Below are positions 14,358 through 28,951 of a stretch of 64,000 bases of DNA, in pieces (position 1 is the first letter of the stretch; each line of letters opens with the position of its first letter). A model generated the notes under the pieces. The model was not told the origin of the DNA. It was given only the letters and a program-made list of their open reading frames with translations, and ran no database searches. The position numbers and the translations under genes are program-made. Origin of the DNA: Eledone cirrhosa (lineage: Eukaryota); the NCBI GenBank assembly GCA_964016885.1, contig OZ024755.1:11036001-11100000 (forward strand). Reading direction: 5' to 3'.

Positions 14358-14547
14358 TGTATCTATGTACTTGTTTATATACAAAATACAAGTACAATGA
14401 GAAAAAGGGATCAAGGAGAAATATGAAAGCAAGGATAGTAAGGATAGTATATATATACATATCATATATATATATATATATATATGTTTATATGTATATA
14501 TATGTATATATAATATAAGATCAAAAGATGGTTAAAAGAGTTCCAAG

Positions 14548-14618
14548 TATTTTATTATGCGCATTTCAAAAACAAATATCATCATGAGATGATATCTGCG
14601 TTTTCATCAGATAAAATA
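14548..14618 (-). ncRNA. Minimal type-I hammerhead ribozyme with canonical core (Penelope-like/retrozyme type)
   Basis: Minus strand reads UAUUUUAU-CUGAUGA-[AAACGCAGAUAUCAUC ucau GAUGAUAUUUGUUUUU]-GAAA-UGCGCA-UA-AUAAAAUA: 8-bp stem I, long stem II, palindromic stem III, AUA cleavage triplet. Confidence 0.8.
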
Positions 14619-14676
14619 GGGATACATGATATGAAGGTTAAAAATCACTTGTGAATAGTGAAGTTTTAAATCAACA

Positions 14677-14708
<32 letters not shown>

Positions 14709-14763
14709 ATAATTAAAAATATGAAATGACACTCGGTATTGAGTAATATATATATATATATAT

Positions 14764-15000
14764 ATAGTAATAATAATAAATTTTAAGACTAAAATTCAAA
14801 GAGAGCTCGATAAGGATAAATATATATCAAATATATAAGAACCGTAGAGCAAATATTTATTAAAATAACAGATTAAAGTTTAAGCAAAGAATCGCTGCTT
14901 TCACCCTTAACGGGATCTTCTGAAACTCTTTTCAGTTTCAGAAGATCCCGTTAAGGGTGAAAGCAGCGATTCTTTGCTTAAACTTTAATCTGTTATTTTA

Positions 15001-15008
<8 letters not shown>
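14764..15008 (+). mobile_element. (TA)n-inserted repeat family member ending in a perfect 75-bp hairpin
   Basis: Arms 14853-14927 and 14934-15008 with a 6-nt loop. The head taataaattt(g)aagactaaaat ... gctcgataaggataaatatatatcaaatatataagaacc recurs at 9699-9791(-), 21193-21298 and 61565-61690. Confidence 0.7.
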
Positions 15009-15062
<54 letters not shown>

Positions 15063-15118
15063 CTCAATAACGAGTATCATTTCTCTCAGCTGTTAACCAC
15101 TTACGGATGTATGTATAT

Positions 15119-15514
15119 TAGGGTGACCCTTAGCAATAGGTAATTTTCCGAAAGTTAAAATTTTGCTGCTCCCTCACCGAAAAATACGTGTTTGCCCTAT
15201 ACCTGCGCTCTCTCCCCAGCTTTGCAAGTTGCCTTCCCCATTATATTTATTGTCACTTATCCTTCTAATACCAAGAATAAGTCTGAACAAGTTTTTAATT
15301 TAAGAAAAAATTATATAAGAGATAAAAAGTTTTTATCTGAAAAAATGACTCTCCGGGCAAAAACTTCAACATTTCACGGTCGATGAGGGTCGCCTTGCCG
15401 TTGTCCGCTTGAGCTAAAGTTTTGCATTGCATAGATTGTTTTTTTGTTAATCTGAACAAGACAGGGGAGGGGGTGGCTAAACGTTTAGAAAGTTGAAAAA
15501 TAAGGGCCACCCTA
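15119..15514. mobile_element. Complete hAT MITE with 8-bp TSD
   Basis: TIRs TAGGGTGACCCTTA and TAAGGGCCACCCTA; TSD ATGTATAT at 15111-15118 and 15515-15522; first ~45 bp nearly identical to the end at 13283. Confidence 0.9.
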
Positions 15515-16404
15515 ATGTATATGGTGCTCAGTTCTGGCATGAGATCTAAAGTGGCTTTTTAGACCTGACGTATTTTTAAAAAGCAAATTAGTTTTGGTGC
15601 AGCTTAAACTGCCTGTGTGTCTTGAACTTTAAAAGGCACTTGATCAATGTTCTAATGTGGCTGGCGTTAAGAAGGGCATATTGCTGTAGATACCAAGTCA
15701 GAAACAGTTCCGTAGGAGCAAGGCATAACCACCAGCAATACCATCAATACCATCGTCACCATTATCACCACCAGCAACACCATCACCACGTCCACCAGGA
15801 ACACCATCACCACTAGCAACATCATCAACACTTTCACCAACAACACCATCACCACCTACCCCACCAACATCATCGCCACTATCATCATCGTTTTCTTCAT
15901 CTTACTGTAGTTCACTTAACAAAGGAAACAACAGTGAAAGATCAAGCTAACTCTTTCCCTAACTTTCTTTCACTCTCACCAATCTTTTTGGGGGGTTTTA
16001 ATTTCTCTTCGTTTTGGTTAGTTTTCTGTTTTTTTCACATTTCTGCGTTTTCTTTACAAAAATTGATTTAAAGTGGGGGAGGGAATTTTTTTTTTTTTAC
16101 GTTTCTTTTATATTTTCATATTTCCATATTTTCATGTTTTTATATTTTTATATATTTTATATATTTTTTTCTTTATTTTCTTATTTTCAACCATTTTGGT
16201 TATTCAATTATTTTCTTTTTTATTCGCCATTATTGATCAATTCACTTTTATTTACTATTACTATTACAAATATTATTACTCTTATCATTATTATTATTAT
16301 CATTATTATTATATAATTTTCCCCAGCCTAAGTTCGGATTTTGCTGAAGCAGACCTCGTATGTACACATGCGCATACACACACACACACACCACACACAC
16401 ACAC

Positions 16405-16447
<43 letters not shown>

Positions 16448-16800
16448 TATATACTATATATATACTATTCTTTTAGTTTGGGGAGAAAAGGGGGTGAAGA
16501 ATATACAATGTTTTGTCATATTTAAATGTTGTCCCTATTGTTCAGATCGTATATAAGGAATATATAGTTTTGATTTGTTTTGGTATTTAGTTCTCCCCAC
16601 CCCAACACCACCCAACTGTCCCCAATACCCTCCAACACCCCAATACTACATACAGGTCGATCGTTTCTTCGTTTCAATAACTTCGAAAATTCGCCCATTG
16701 TTAAAACGAATGAATTCTTCGATTGCGTCAATCGTGTTTGGCAAATTATATATGCATGTCTGTGTTAGTCTGTATGAGTATGTGTGCATACATATAGTAC

Positions 16801-16893
<93 letters not shown>

Positions 16894-17893
16894 TTGCGAG
16901 TATGCGTATGTATATGTATATGTATATGTATATGTGTATGAATATTTCATACATACATACATACATACATACATACATACATACATACATACATACATAC
17001 ATACATACATACATACATACATGTGTATTCATTCATAAATTTCCATTATTGACTTCCCAGCAGACAAAGAGTATAAAATTGGAGAAACTTACATGTCTTA
17101 CTATACAACTCTTTCTTCCTCCCCCTCCCCCTTTCTCTCTCTCTCTCTCACTCACCTCCTCTTCTCTCATATATATATACCCTTTGTATCTTTCTCCCTT
17201 TTCCCTTCCACTTTCTTCACTGTCTTGTTAACTTCTTCCTCTACATCTTTGCCTAACCTCTCTCTTCTATCGTTCTTTATCATCATCTCCTTCTCTCTCT
17301 CTCTCTGTCTCTCCCTTCTCTTTTTCTCGCCTTCTCTCTGTTTCACGCTCTTATACTTTTCATCTCCCTCTGCCTCTCTTTTCTCTCCCTATTCTCTCTC
17401 CCTATTTCGCTCTGCTTCTCTCTCTCTCTCTCTCTCAGTCTATACTTCTCTTTCTCTGTGTGTCTCTCTCTCTCTCACTCTCCAAGACATTTTATTTCAC
17501 ATTGTTCCAGTCCACACAACTAGCAAAAATGAGTTATACCTGTAATTCGAAAGACCAGCCTTGATACATTCTGTGTCATACTGAATCTCTCTGAGAACTA
17601 CGTAAATGATACGCATGTCTGTGGCATGCTTAGCTACTTACACGTTAATTTCACGAGCAGGCTTTTCCTTTGATCACATCAGCTGAAACTTTTGTCGTTG
17701 TAACCGACGGAATGCCAGATTTCTTTTGCTTTCGATGTATAAGACGCAAGCGGGTTTTGACATCAAATTGCGGGTGGTAAAACAATGCGTCTTATACACC
17801 TAAACATACGCATATGCTTTTTTTTTTCCTTTTTTTACTAAAATGAAATGAAAATAATACCTAAGCATTTCTATCTCTTTGTTTCCTTCACAG

Positions 17894-18069
17894 ACCTGAT
17901 GATAGTCTCTGCAAGTATCATTGTACTCGCCGTTGGCAGTACTGGTCGAATATTCGCAACTTCCTCATTACGTGGTCTACGATTCTTTCAGATATTAAGA
18001 ATGGTACGCATGGACCGCAGAGGAGGGACATGGAAACTTCTCGGATCCGTCGTATGGGCACACCGTCAA
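17894..18069 (+). CDS. KCNQ: KCNQ (Kv7) channel exon: end of S3, S4 voltage sensor and S4-S5 linker
   Basis: Acceptor ttccttcacAG, donor caa|GTaagt. Encodes (D)[58 protein letters not shown], the KCNQ S4 and [12 protein letters not shown] signature. Phase 1 to phase 0. Confidence 0.96.
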
Positions 18070-18144
18070 GTAAGTTATATATCATATAAATATATACTAT
18101 ATATATGTGTGTGTGTGTCTGTGTGTGTGTCTGTGTGTGTGTGA

Positions 18145-18266
<122 letters not shown>

Positions 18267-18739
18267 GTGATAGTGAATTAGTAATCATTATGTTTGAATT
18301 TCACCACATTCTATTTAATATGTAATCACTGTTATACGTATTTCGATGACATCTGCTATGTAATATTCAGATACGATCTCATAAGAGATTTACCTGCATA
18401 AACATTAATGATATCAGTTCTTATCCTATATACAGGCTGGCGGGCTTAGGTATCCATTACACCAAACCAGGAAAAGAAAACATATCCAGATACTGAACCG
18501 TTAATATTAGTACCGACTTAACACAACAACGAAATATGTGACTTAGTTATATCACTATAAATGCTTATAATTCGTATAATCTACTTTTCGTTTGTTTGTT
18601 GTTGTTGTTGTATTGTTTGCTTTTTTTTTGTCTTTTTTTGTAAAATATGAATATTAATAAAGTTAGTGATATGATACCCCTGGAGAATCAGTCAGTTGTA
18701 CAAGTGTCCAACAATAATATAACATAAAAAATAATGCTT

Positions 18740-19450
18740 GAAGAGATACCGCCATTTTATTTTTAACATCTCAACGACAATATAAAGAAAATCATTAATT
18801 GATAACACTACCATCTAATGTCTGTTCCAAAATATCAGATGGATGTTGTGTCATAGTGACAGTGGACAGAATTGTAAATGTGTTATCCCAGAGGGGGAGA
18901 AATGTGCTGTTGAAAGAGTCAGTCCAGCTCCTGGGGTTCATTGCTACAGGTGGCCAACTCCATCCCGATCACAGTAAATGAGAAAATCATCTTGAGAATG
19001 TTATATAAAAGACCAAGGTTTTCAGATCTTATTTTCTTCAATCAGCTTGTGTCACTGTATAACGTTTCATTTATCATTTAAAACAAGCTGTCACAGACTG
19101 TCTTGTACTGATATAAATTTATGTTCTATCTGTCAACGACATTAATTCATAACACCACCACCTCATGTATTTTGTAAACCATTGCGTGAATGTTGCCACA
19201 TGGTCCTCATTGGACAGAATAATGAATGCCTTACGCCAGAAATATATTGAAGAATATACTCTGAAAAGGCCAGTCCAGTGCGAGGGGGTCGTTCTCGGGG
19301 ATAATCGTCTCCGTCCCAATTGCAGTAATACGAGGGTAATTCGAGGACCCATAACACAAGAACCTCCCATCACCTTCGTCAAAGGCTTAATCATCCCCAC
19401 TAGATTAATTATACAGATTTTACAAACCAATCTCCAGCAGGATGGACGGA
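18740..19450 (+). mobile_element. Highly decayed Ty3/Gypsy RT-RNaseH remnant
   Basis: ESVQLLGFIATGGQLHPDHSK resembles the xLGH.I...G..PD..K RT motif; downstream GVVL ... EPPITFV resembles RNase H GAVL ... PIAFAS. Confidence 0.4.
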
Positions 19451-19818
19451 AAGACAAACCCAACCGGGATTCGAACTCAGAACATATGTGAATAAAATAG
19501 ACAACAGTAAATCATTGGGTTAGAAGCTATTTTCCTGTTCTATTTGCCAATTTTGTATTAGCGCGTGTGGGGGGGGGGTGTATATAGGAGAGAGTGTATG
19601 TGTGTTTCAGAGAGAGAGTGTGTGGGTTTGCGTCTGAGAGAGAGATGCAGAGAGAGCGTGTGCGTGTGTGTATGTTTTAATCGTTAATTCTGTTATATTT
19701 TCAAAAAAGCATACAAAAATGCATCTACAAATAGATATTGAACACTTTGAGCACATGAATATATATATATATATATATAATAATAAAAATATATATATAT
19801 ATATATAATTTTAAAAAA

Positions 19819-19849
<31 letters not shown>

Positions 19850-20151
19850 CATATGTTATAGGTATGTATATATATATATATATATAGGTAAGCAAAGCAA
19901 GTGTGTTTGTGAGAGTATGTATGTACTAGAATATCAATATTCTATATATATACATAATAGAACCGGTTCTACTATTATCCGTGTGTCATCTTGTAATCTT
20001 CTGAGATAACATGATTAAGGAAGAAATATAGCTTCATAACCTAGATTAACATATATCTCAGTACATATCTATATGTGTGTGCGTGTAATATTGTAATATA
20101 TATGTATGATATAAGCTTATATATATATATACACGCACATATATATACATG

Positions 20152-20228
<77 letters not shown>

Positions 20229-20232
20229 GACG

Positions 20233-21000
<768 letters not shown>

Positions 21001-21147
21001 AGATAGGGTGTGGTAAAAACCAGCTAGACAATAACCTACCAGAGTACTCGATATTTGGGGTAGTAGAGTAGGTAATATGAAAAGATTCGAACTAGCTGTC
21101 GAAACGGCCGGAGCTCATCCGTCGGGGTCCTGAATCTTATCATATAT

Positions 21148-21197
<50 letters not shown>

Positions 21198-21311
21198 ATA
21201 ATAATAAATTTGAAGACTAAAATCCAAAGAGGGCTCGATAAGGATAAATATATATCAAATATATAAGAACCGTTAGCAATCTGTTATTTTAATAAATATA
21301 TATATATATAT

Positions 21312-21414
21312 AGTAGAAGACACTTACTTGCCCAAGATGTCACGCAGTGAGAACGAACCCGAAATCACTTAGTTACGAATCGAACGCCTTAACCACATAG
21401 TTATGCCTGCGCCT
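21312..21414 (-). mobile_element. tRNA-head SINE fragment of a third family
   Basis: Minus strand ggcgcaggcat ... gtggttaagg ... cgggttcgttctcactgcgtg ... cttgggcaagt; related sequence at ~48893-49005. Confidence 0.45.
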
Positions 21415-21992
21415 GTATATATATATCATACTATCATTACACCACCGCCATCACCACCAGTAACAACAACCCAAACATTACCACCATCAACACCTTCAGC
21501 ACTAACACCAACACCACCAACACAAACAACAACAACCAAAAACATTACGATTCCCAAGAAACAACAACAATAGCAACAACAATACAATACCGAAATCCCT
21601 TAGAAAGAGCACGATTCTTTAAGTGTTGTCAAGGATTTCATCCTATGCAAATATTTAGCCATCAGTGAAATATCAACATATCAAACCACGTGTATCAATG
21701 ATGATAATCTTCTTGCTGTTGTTGTCATCACAAACATCAGCAACCAAATAATTCAAAGTCGTGTGTTCGATCCCATATCTTTTCTTTATATGTATATTTG
21801 CTTTAATTTATTTATTTTTCATCATCACATTTCGTTTCTTGCCGCCGTGCGCGTGTGTGTGTGTATGTGTTTCTGTGTGTGTGTATGTGTTTCTGTATGT
21901 GTGTGTGTTTGTACATGTGTGTGTGTGTGTTTGTTTGTGTGTATATGTATTTGTGTTTGTGTGTGTTTGAGTTTGTATATGCGTAACTCTCC

Positions 21993-22079
<87 letters not shown>

Positions 22080-22565
22080 CCCTTGCTTGTATGCCTATGT
22101 TTGCATGTGCTGTTTGTGTAATTCTGTTTGTGTTCATGTGTTCCTTTTCAATTTCTTCCCTATGAAAAATTTCGTTATTATATTTACTGTTTATTTTATC
22201 ATTGTTGCTGAATATTTGAGCTTCGGTTTCGATTCAAGAAATGATTTTTGACGTTCTTATATATATATTTATATTTTCAACTAATTGATTTAGTGAGTTG
22301 TACAAACAATAAGCAAATAGAAAAAAAACTTACATATATAAACACACAAATTCATAAACACACAACTTCACATGCACAAAAAATCTACACACATGCACAC
22401 GCACACACAACACACACATTTGGGACACCGAAGTGCAAAAAGAAAGAAAGACATAACAGACACAGATATAAAGTTGGTTCGTGAAACAGTAAATTTGATA
22501 TAGCACCAGTTGGGGATTGTAGTGATTGGTACACAGTGTGTGTATATATATATATATATATTTGT

Positions 22566-22621
<56 letters not shown>

Positions 22622-22706
22622 TATGTATTTATGTATGTAGGTATGTATGTGTGTATGTGTCTATTTATTTATTTTTTGCATGTACGTATGTAGGTGTGTG
22701 TATGTA

Positions 22707-22797
<91 letters not shown>

Positions 22798-22806
22798 AAA
22801 AAAGAG

Positions 22807-23403
22807 AGGGGGGATTGGCAGAACCGTTAAAGCGTCGGACAATATGTTTTACAGCATATAATTACGGTTCTTTATGTTGTGAGTTCAAATCCCACCGAGC
22901 TTTGCTTTGCCTTTCATCCTTGCGGGGTCGATACAATAAAGTACCGATAACAAACTGGAGTCGATCTAATCTACTTACCTCTCCCCAAAATTGCTGGCCT
23001 TGTGCCTAAATCAGAAACCATTATATATATAGAAGGGTGGTGGATTGGCAAAAGCGTCAGACAAATTGATTTGCGGTGTTTATTGTGGCTTTTGATATTC
23101 TGAGTTCAAACCCTACCGAGGTCGTCTTTGTCTTTCCTCCTTTCAAGATCTATAAAATAACGTACCATGTGGTAAAAAAAAATAGAAAACACATCATTAT
23201 TATTCTTAACAAAGGGCGGTGGATTGGCAGTATCGGTAAAGCATCGGGCGCCATGCTTTGACGCATAGAGTTACGGCCCTTACCATTCTGAGTTCAAATC
23301 CCGCCGATGTTAACTTTGCCTTTCATCCTTACGGGGTCGATAAAATAAAGTACCAGTAATGTACTAGGTAATTGCTGGCCTTGTGCCAAAAGTAGAGACA
23401 ATT
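22807..23403 (+). mobile_element. Three tandem Meta-type SINE copies
   Basis: Three ggattggca ... gagttcaaa ... ctttcatcc/ctttcctcc units. Confidence 0.75.
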
Positions 23404-23734
23404 ATATATATAATCGACTTTACCCAATTGGCCTTGAGTTAAAAGTACAAATTATTGTTATAGATATATAGACAAATATACAATGATAAATAGATAGATA
23501 GATAGATAAACTGACAGATAGATATGATGTTTTCATTGACAGATGTATAATTATATTCACACGCTGGCTGTCGTCTCCCCTTTTCCAATACATTCTCCAA
23601 ATGCCCAAGGTAAATATACAGAAGATTTAGTATTCACTCGCTTGTTTCTTTAAAAAAGAATATCTTTTGTGAATTTTTGTGAGTAATGTTGTTAATGTTT
23701 ATCAGGAGATTTAATTCTTCAGAACTGAACTACT

Positions 23735-23778
<44 letters not shown>

Positions 23779-24699
23779 CATTGTTTGTTTTTACCCGGAG
23801 TATTGACTTACTTTCTCCAGCTCTAGTCCTACACTCCATCTCTATATATTTTCTTCCTTCCCTCTACCTATCTATCTATCTATATGTCTGTCTCTCTCTT
23901 TACTCCTTCTATCTTGCTTAATCCACACACACCCCTCTCTATGTATCTCATCAGTATCGATATTCCTATAGTAACGCTAATTGTAAACTGACCTATAAAC
24001 CGGCGATGCTGGTTTCAATTTCGGCTAAAGCCTGTTCATATATATACATATATATATATATACATATATATACATATATGTATATATATTTGGCACCGCG
24101 ATCGGTGTACATTGTGTAGAGTGAATACATTTGTTATAATATTGTAATTATTTATTACTACTTCTCTATAACCTTTCAACTTTCATGCTGGATAGGTCCT
24201 TTTTTAAATGGATGTTATTGTAGAGAAAGGTTTTCACACAAATGGTAGTTTTATTTATGTAGTATTTATCTGTAGCACCATGTTTTCAATCTCCGTTTGG
24301 GCATGCGCATGGTTAAATGGTAGTAGAGGACAAAGTAGAGTAGATGTGCCCGTATATGCACACACGAACACAACAGTAGAATATTATGACATTATGTTTT
24401 TAATTTTGTTTTGTTGTACGACTGGAATTTGTTAGCAAGGATTTGTTAATGTTTGCATTTTGTGAAAATTTCAGACTCCTTCCGTAAGTAATCATTTGAG
24501 ATTTTGAGTTTATTTGAAATAATTTTTTACCGCCGTAATAAGTTGTGTGGCGCTGTGTTACGCGGTGAAATGCTATGCATAGCTGTGCCATGATGGATTA
24601 AGTTGTGTTATGGGTTTTTTATGTTAAGCTGCATGATGTTGTGTTACGCTGTGAAGTGCTATGTTATGTTATATGTCGCTGTGTTAAGTTATGTGGCAC

Positions 24700-25200
24700 T
24701 GTATACTGTTGTGAAATGCTGTTTAGTGTTATGTAGTGCTGTGTAGTGTAGTGTAGTGCTGTGTAGTGGTGTGTGGTGCTGTGTAGTGTTGTGTAGTGCT
24801 GTGTAGTGTTGTGTAGTGCAGTGAAATGTTATGCAGTGATATGTAGTGCTGTGTAGTCTTGTGTAGTCTTGTGTAGTCTTGTGTAGTCTTGTGTGGTGTT
24901 GTGTATTGATGTGTAGTGTTGTGTAGTGATGTGTAGTGCTATTTAGTGCTGTGTGTATCTGTTATGCTGTTTAGTCTTGTGTTGTGTTGGGTAGTGTTGT
25001 GTGGTGCTGTGTAGTGTTGTGTAATGAGTATCTATTTATGCTGTGAAGTTTTCTGTTGTGTTGTGTAGTATTGTGCGGTGCTGTTTAGTGTTGTGTAGTG
25101 TAGTGTAGTGTTATGTAGTGCTGTGTAATGTTATACAGTGCTGTTTAGTGTTATGAAATGTTGTGTATGTGTTATGTAGTGTTGTGTAGTGTTATGAAAT
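24700..25200. repeat. 10-bp minisatellite (gtgtagtgYt)n
   Basis: Dozens of degenerate gtgtagtgct/gtgtagtgtt units. Confidence 0.9.
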
Positions 25201-25767
25201 GCTACGATGTATTTCCCTCTTGATGAAACCTCTAAGTAGACATGTATTAGTTAAACTAACTAGCATGAAATTGAATGATATCTGGATGTTGCATACAAAG
25301 TGCCGGATTTATAAGTGTTAATTTCAAACTTAATTCCGACAATTTATATGAAACACTCTGATTAAATGTCCTCGGAAAATTCTTCACCTCCACCACACAG
25401 TTTATAGATAGACACATACATATAGTGTAGACAGGAGACTGACAGACAGATAGACAGATAGATAGATGGATGGAGAGATAGATAGATATGTAGGTAGATA
25501 AGTAGGTAGATAGATAGATAGATACATAGATAGATAGTCTTCAGGTACGCCATGTTCTTACTTTATACGTTTTATGTGTGGTATATGATAATTATGTATC
25601 CTCCATCGGTTTCGACGATGAGCATTCAGTTATTCATTCAACTGAGCATCCAACTCGTTAATTAACGTGTAAGTTGTTGGGTATTCCACAGACACGTCTA
25701 CCTTTAACATAATTCCCAAGTCAGATTTTATATATATATATATATATATTCAATTCTATATAATTTC

Positions 25768-25867
<100 letters not shown>

Positions 25868-26241
25868 TAAAGACCAATGTGTAAGTTACATAGAGAACCA
25901 CAGACCATAATTATTCAATTAATGTTTATTTGTTCCCAGCCACATTTTGCATTTTTCTCACTTATGTTATTTACAACTTTGTGTGACTTTTATCTCTATA
26001 TCCTGTATATCATTGCACGCCTTTTCGACAAGGAGAAAAGTATACCTCAAGTCTAGAAGTTTATTTCCTGGAGAAAGTTTTGAGATGTAATTACCAAGTT
26101 TGTCGATATAATTAATTAATGAATTAATTAATTGGAAAATTGTTCTACCTGACTACTATTGCATTTCAATAAATCGAAACGATCATAGAAATCAATAAAT
26201 TATTTGAACTCCATCAAGCCTATGGTTCATCAAGTGAATTG

Positions 26242-26281
<40 letters not shown>

Positions 26282-26282
<1 letters not shown>

Positions 26283-27233
26283 GTGGAAGAGGTCTTATCA
26301 GCATAGAGGACTGTGTTCAGATGGAGAAAAACAACCTACACAAATACGTGACTGATAGTAGGGAGCCAATGCTCAGAATTGTACTGAAGGAGAGGACAAT
26401 AGACCAGGGGATGTCCAGGGAGGAAATAACAAGGAGGAAGAGCAACCTTCATGAAAAATCCCTTCATAGTGCCTTCTTTGAGAAAACTGAATTTAGAGAT
26501 CCACAGACATGGAACTGGTTGAAAAGAGGAGACCTTAAAAAGGCTACAGAAGGAATGCTAATGGCTGTGCAAGAGCAGGCTCTCAAAACGGAGTGGCTGA
26601 AACACCATATTTACAAGGAGGAGGCTAGCCCACTGTGTAGGATCTGTGGAGAGAGAGAGGAGACTGTGGCTCACATTGTATCCGAGTGTAAACACCTATC
26701 CCAGACTCACTATAAGGGCTGGAGGCATGATGTGATGGGCAGGGTGATCCACTGGCACCTATGCAAAGTAAGCAATTTACCACATTCTGAGAAGTGGTAT
26801 GAGCATAAGCCAGAATCGGTGATGGAAAACAATCAGGTGAAGGTGCTGTGGGATTTTAGGATACAAACGGACAAGAAACTGGAACACAATAGACCTGACC
26901 TGGTGGTTTTGGACAAGGAAAAAAGATCATGCCTGATTGTGGATGTGGCCTGCCTATTCGATACGAGAGTGCAAGAGAAGGAGAGGGAGAAAATTAACCG
27001 ATACCAGGACTTGAAGTGGGAGGTAAAAAGGATTTGGAACTGCCATGAGGTCAAAGTGGTCCCGATTGTCATAGGCGCACTAGGTACTATCTCAAAGAGT
27101 TTCCAAGGATGGTTAAATAAAATTGGTCCCGCCCCTACGATACGTCCTGAATATCTGAGGCTGCAGGTAGTGGCTTGATATTCATTTCAACAAACTTTCC
27201 AGTTAAATAACATCTATGACTGGGACTCAAAGA
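26282..27233 (+). mobile_element. 5'-truncated Dong/R4-clade non-LTR retrotransposon (CCHC knuckle and restriction-like endonuclease)
   Basis: GRGLISIED, EGMLMAVQEQAL, CRICGEREETVAHIVSEC, RHD, KVLWDFRIQTD, HNRPDLVV, KEREKINRYQDL and PIVIGALG motifs; flanked by (TAA)n on both sides. Confidence 0.9.
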
Positions 27234-27247
27234 ACAGTAATAATAAT

Positions 27248-27282
<35 letters not shown>

Positions 27283-27451
27283 GACTAACAGAAAACTATT
27301 TCAGTCGTATTACACCTGAAATGGTTCAAATAATATATAGGCTAAGGACAGTAATTTGTAGAGCTCCATTTTTTCCAAAATGATATTTAGGTGCAAAAAT
27401 TTACAGTATATTAAAAGTAAGCATTGCAAGCAAAAGATACATTTTTAAATA

Positions 27452-27515
<64 letters not shown>

Positions 27516-28008
27516 TTCGGGGTAAGAAAGTTATGCCAACAAGATTTCAAGCTCAAAGTAGTTGCACAATCAGAAAAGGAAACTGAATCGATTCATCACA
27601 AATATAATCTGTATAGTATTAGGAATTATACTTTGAGTAAGCAAATCCGACTTGTATGAATGCAGATGTACAGAGTACATACATTTTTATCCTTTAATGA
27701 ATATGTGTCTGTCAGAGCTTGTCTGACTGTCTGTGTGTGTGTATGTGTGTGTGTCTGTATGTGTATGTGTGAATGATTGTGTGTATGTCTATGTGTGTGT
27801 CTGCGGGTGTGTGTGTGTGTGTGTGTGTGAGAATGCTCTCCCCTATGTACTGACATCGTTAGACGGGACTATTGGTACCATCAGTAATTCAGTTGAAATC
27901 ACACTGTGTCCATTGCAACTTGACAGCTGACGAACGAAGGTGATGTTATATTTGTTCTTTGTCGTATATCTTTTGACAATATCATATATCTATAGGTATG
28001 TATGTATG

Positions 28009-28096
<88 letters not shown>

Positions 28097-28318
28097 AGTT
28101 GGTTGGAGGATTATTGGTATTTCTATGTGTGTGTGTGATTTTCCAATATTCAGTCAACATATATATATATATATGTATGTATATATATAGTTTCTGTGTG
28201 TGTATAAGCGTACAGCAAGGCTGCAGTCCAATGACTAAGATCAATAAAAGAATATATGCACATAAATATATAGCTGTACGTATATACATATAAAGGTGTG
28301 TGTTTCTGAATGTCTGTA

Positions 28319-28433
<115 letters not shown>

Positions 28434-28912
28434 ATCTGTGTGTGTGAGAGTATGTGTGTTAAATGACACTAGAATTTACAATATCTATTCTTCTATAGAC
28501 TATTAACATATTTACAATGTGCAGAATAATTAACTCTGTAGTTTTATACATATAAGAAGATGTTTATCAACTGAGGCAAAAGAAATATGCATATTTTTTT
28601 CACTGCAATAGTTTTTACAAACAAGATTGAGCATAAAATTATTCTACAAATAAATAGAAACAAATATTATGCATTCAGAATTACGCTTAGACATCTGTTG
28701 AGTCGATATTGTGGTCATGATATTGGATAATAAATTGTACAGCTGCCCTTTACTCCAGGCGGTAAAATAGTAGTTGTTAGAGCAAGGAAGATGATTGGTA
28801 GAGTTGTTAGAGCAAAACGAGGAATTTGGTAGTCATTAGAACGAGACGGTGAAATGGTAGAGTTGTTAGAGTGAGATGGTGGGTCGGTATAGGTGTTATA
28901 CACACAAATATA

Positions 28913-28951
<39 letters not shown>

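Noticed and set aside
26204-27178. 324-aa ORF as a host gene or KCNQ exon
   Set aside because: It is the C-terminal part of a Dong/R4 retrotransposon; its N-terminus is read through flanking (AAT)n.
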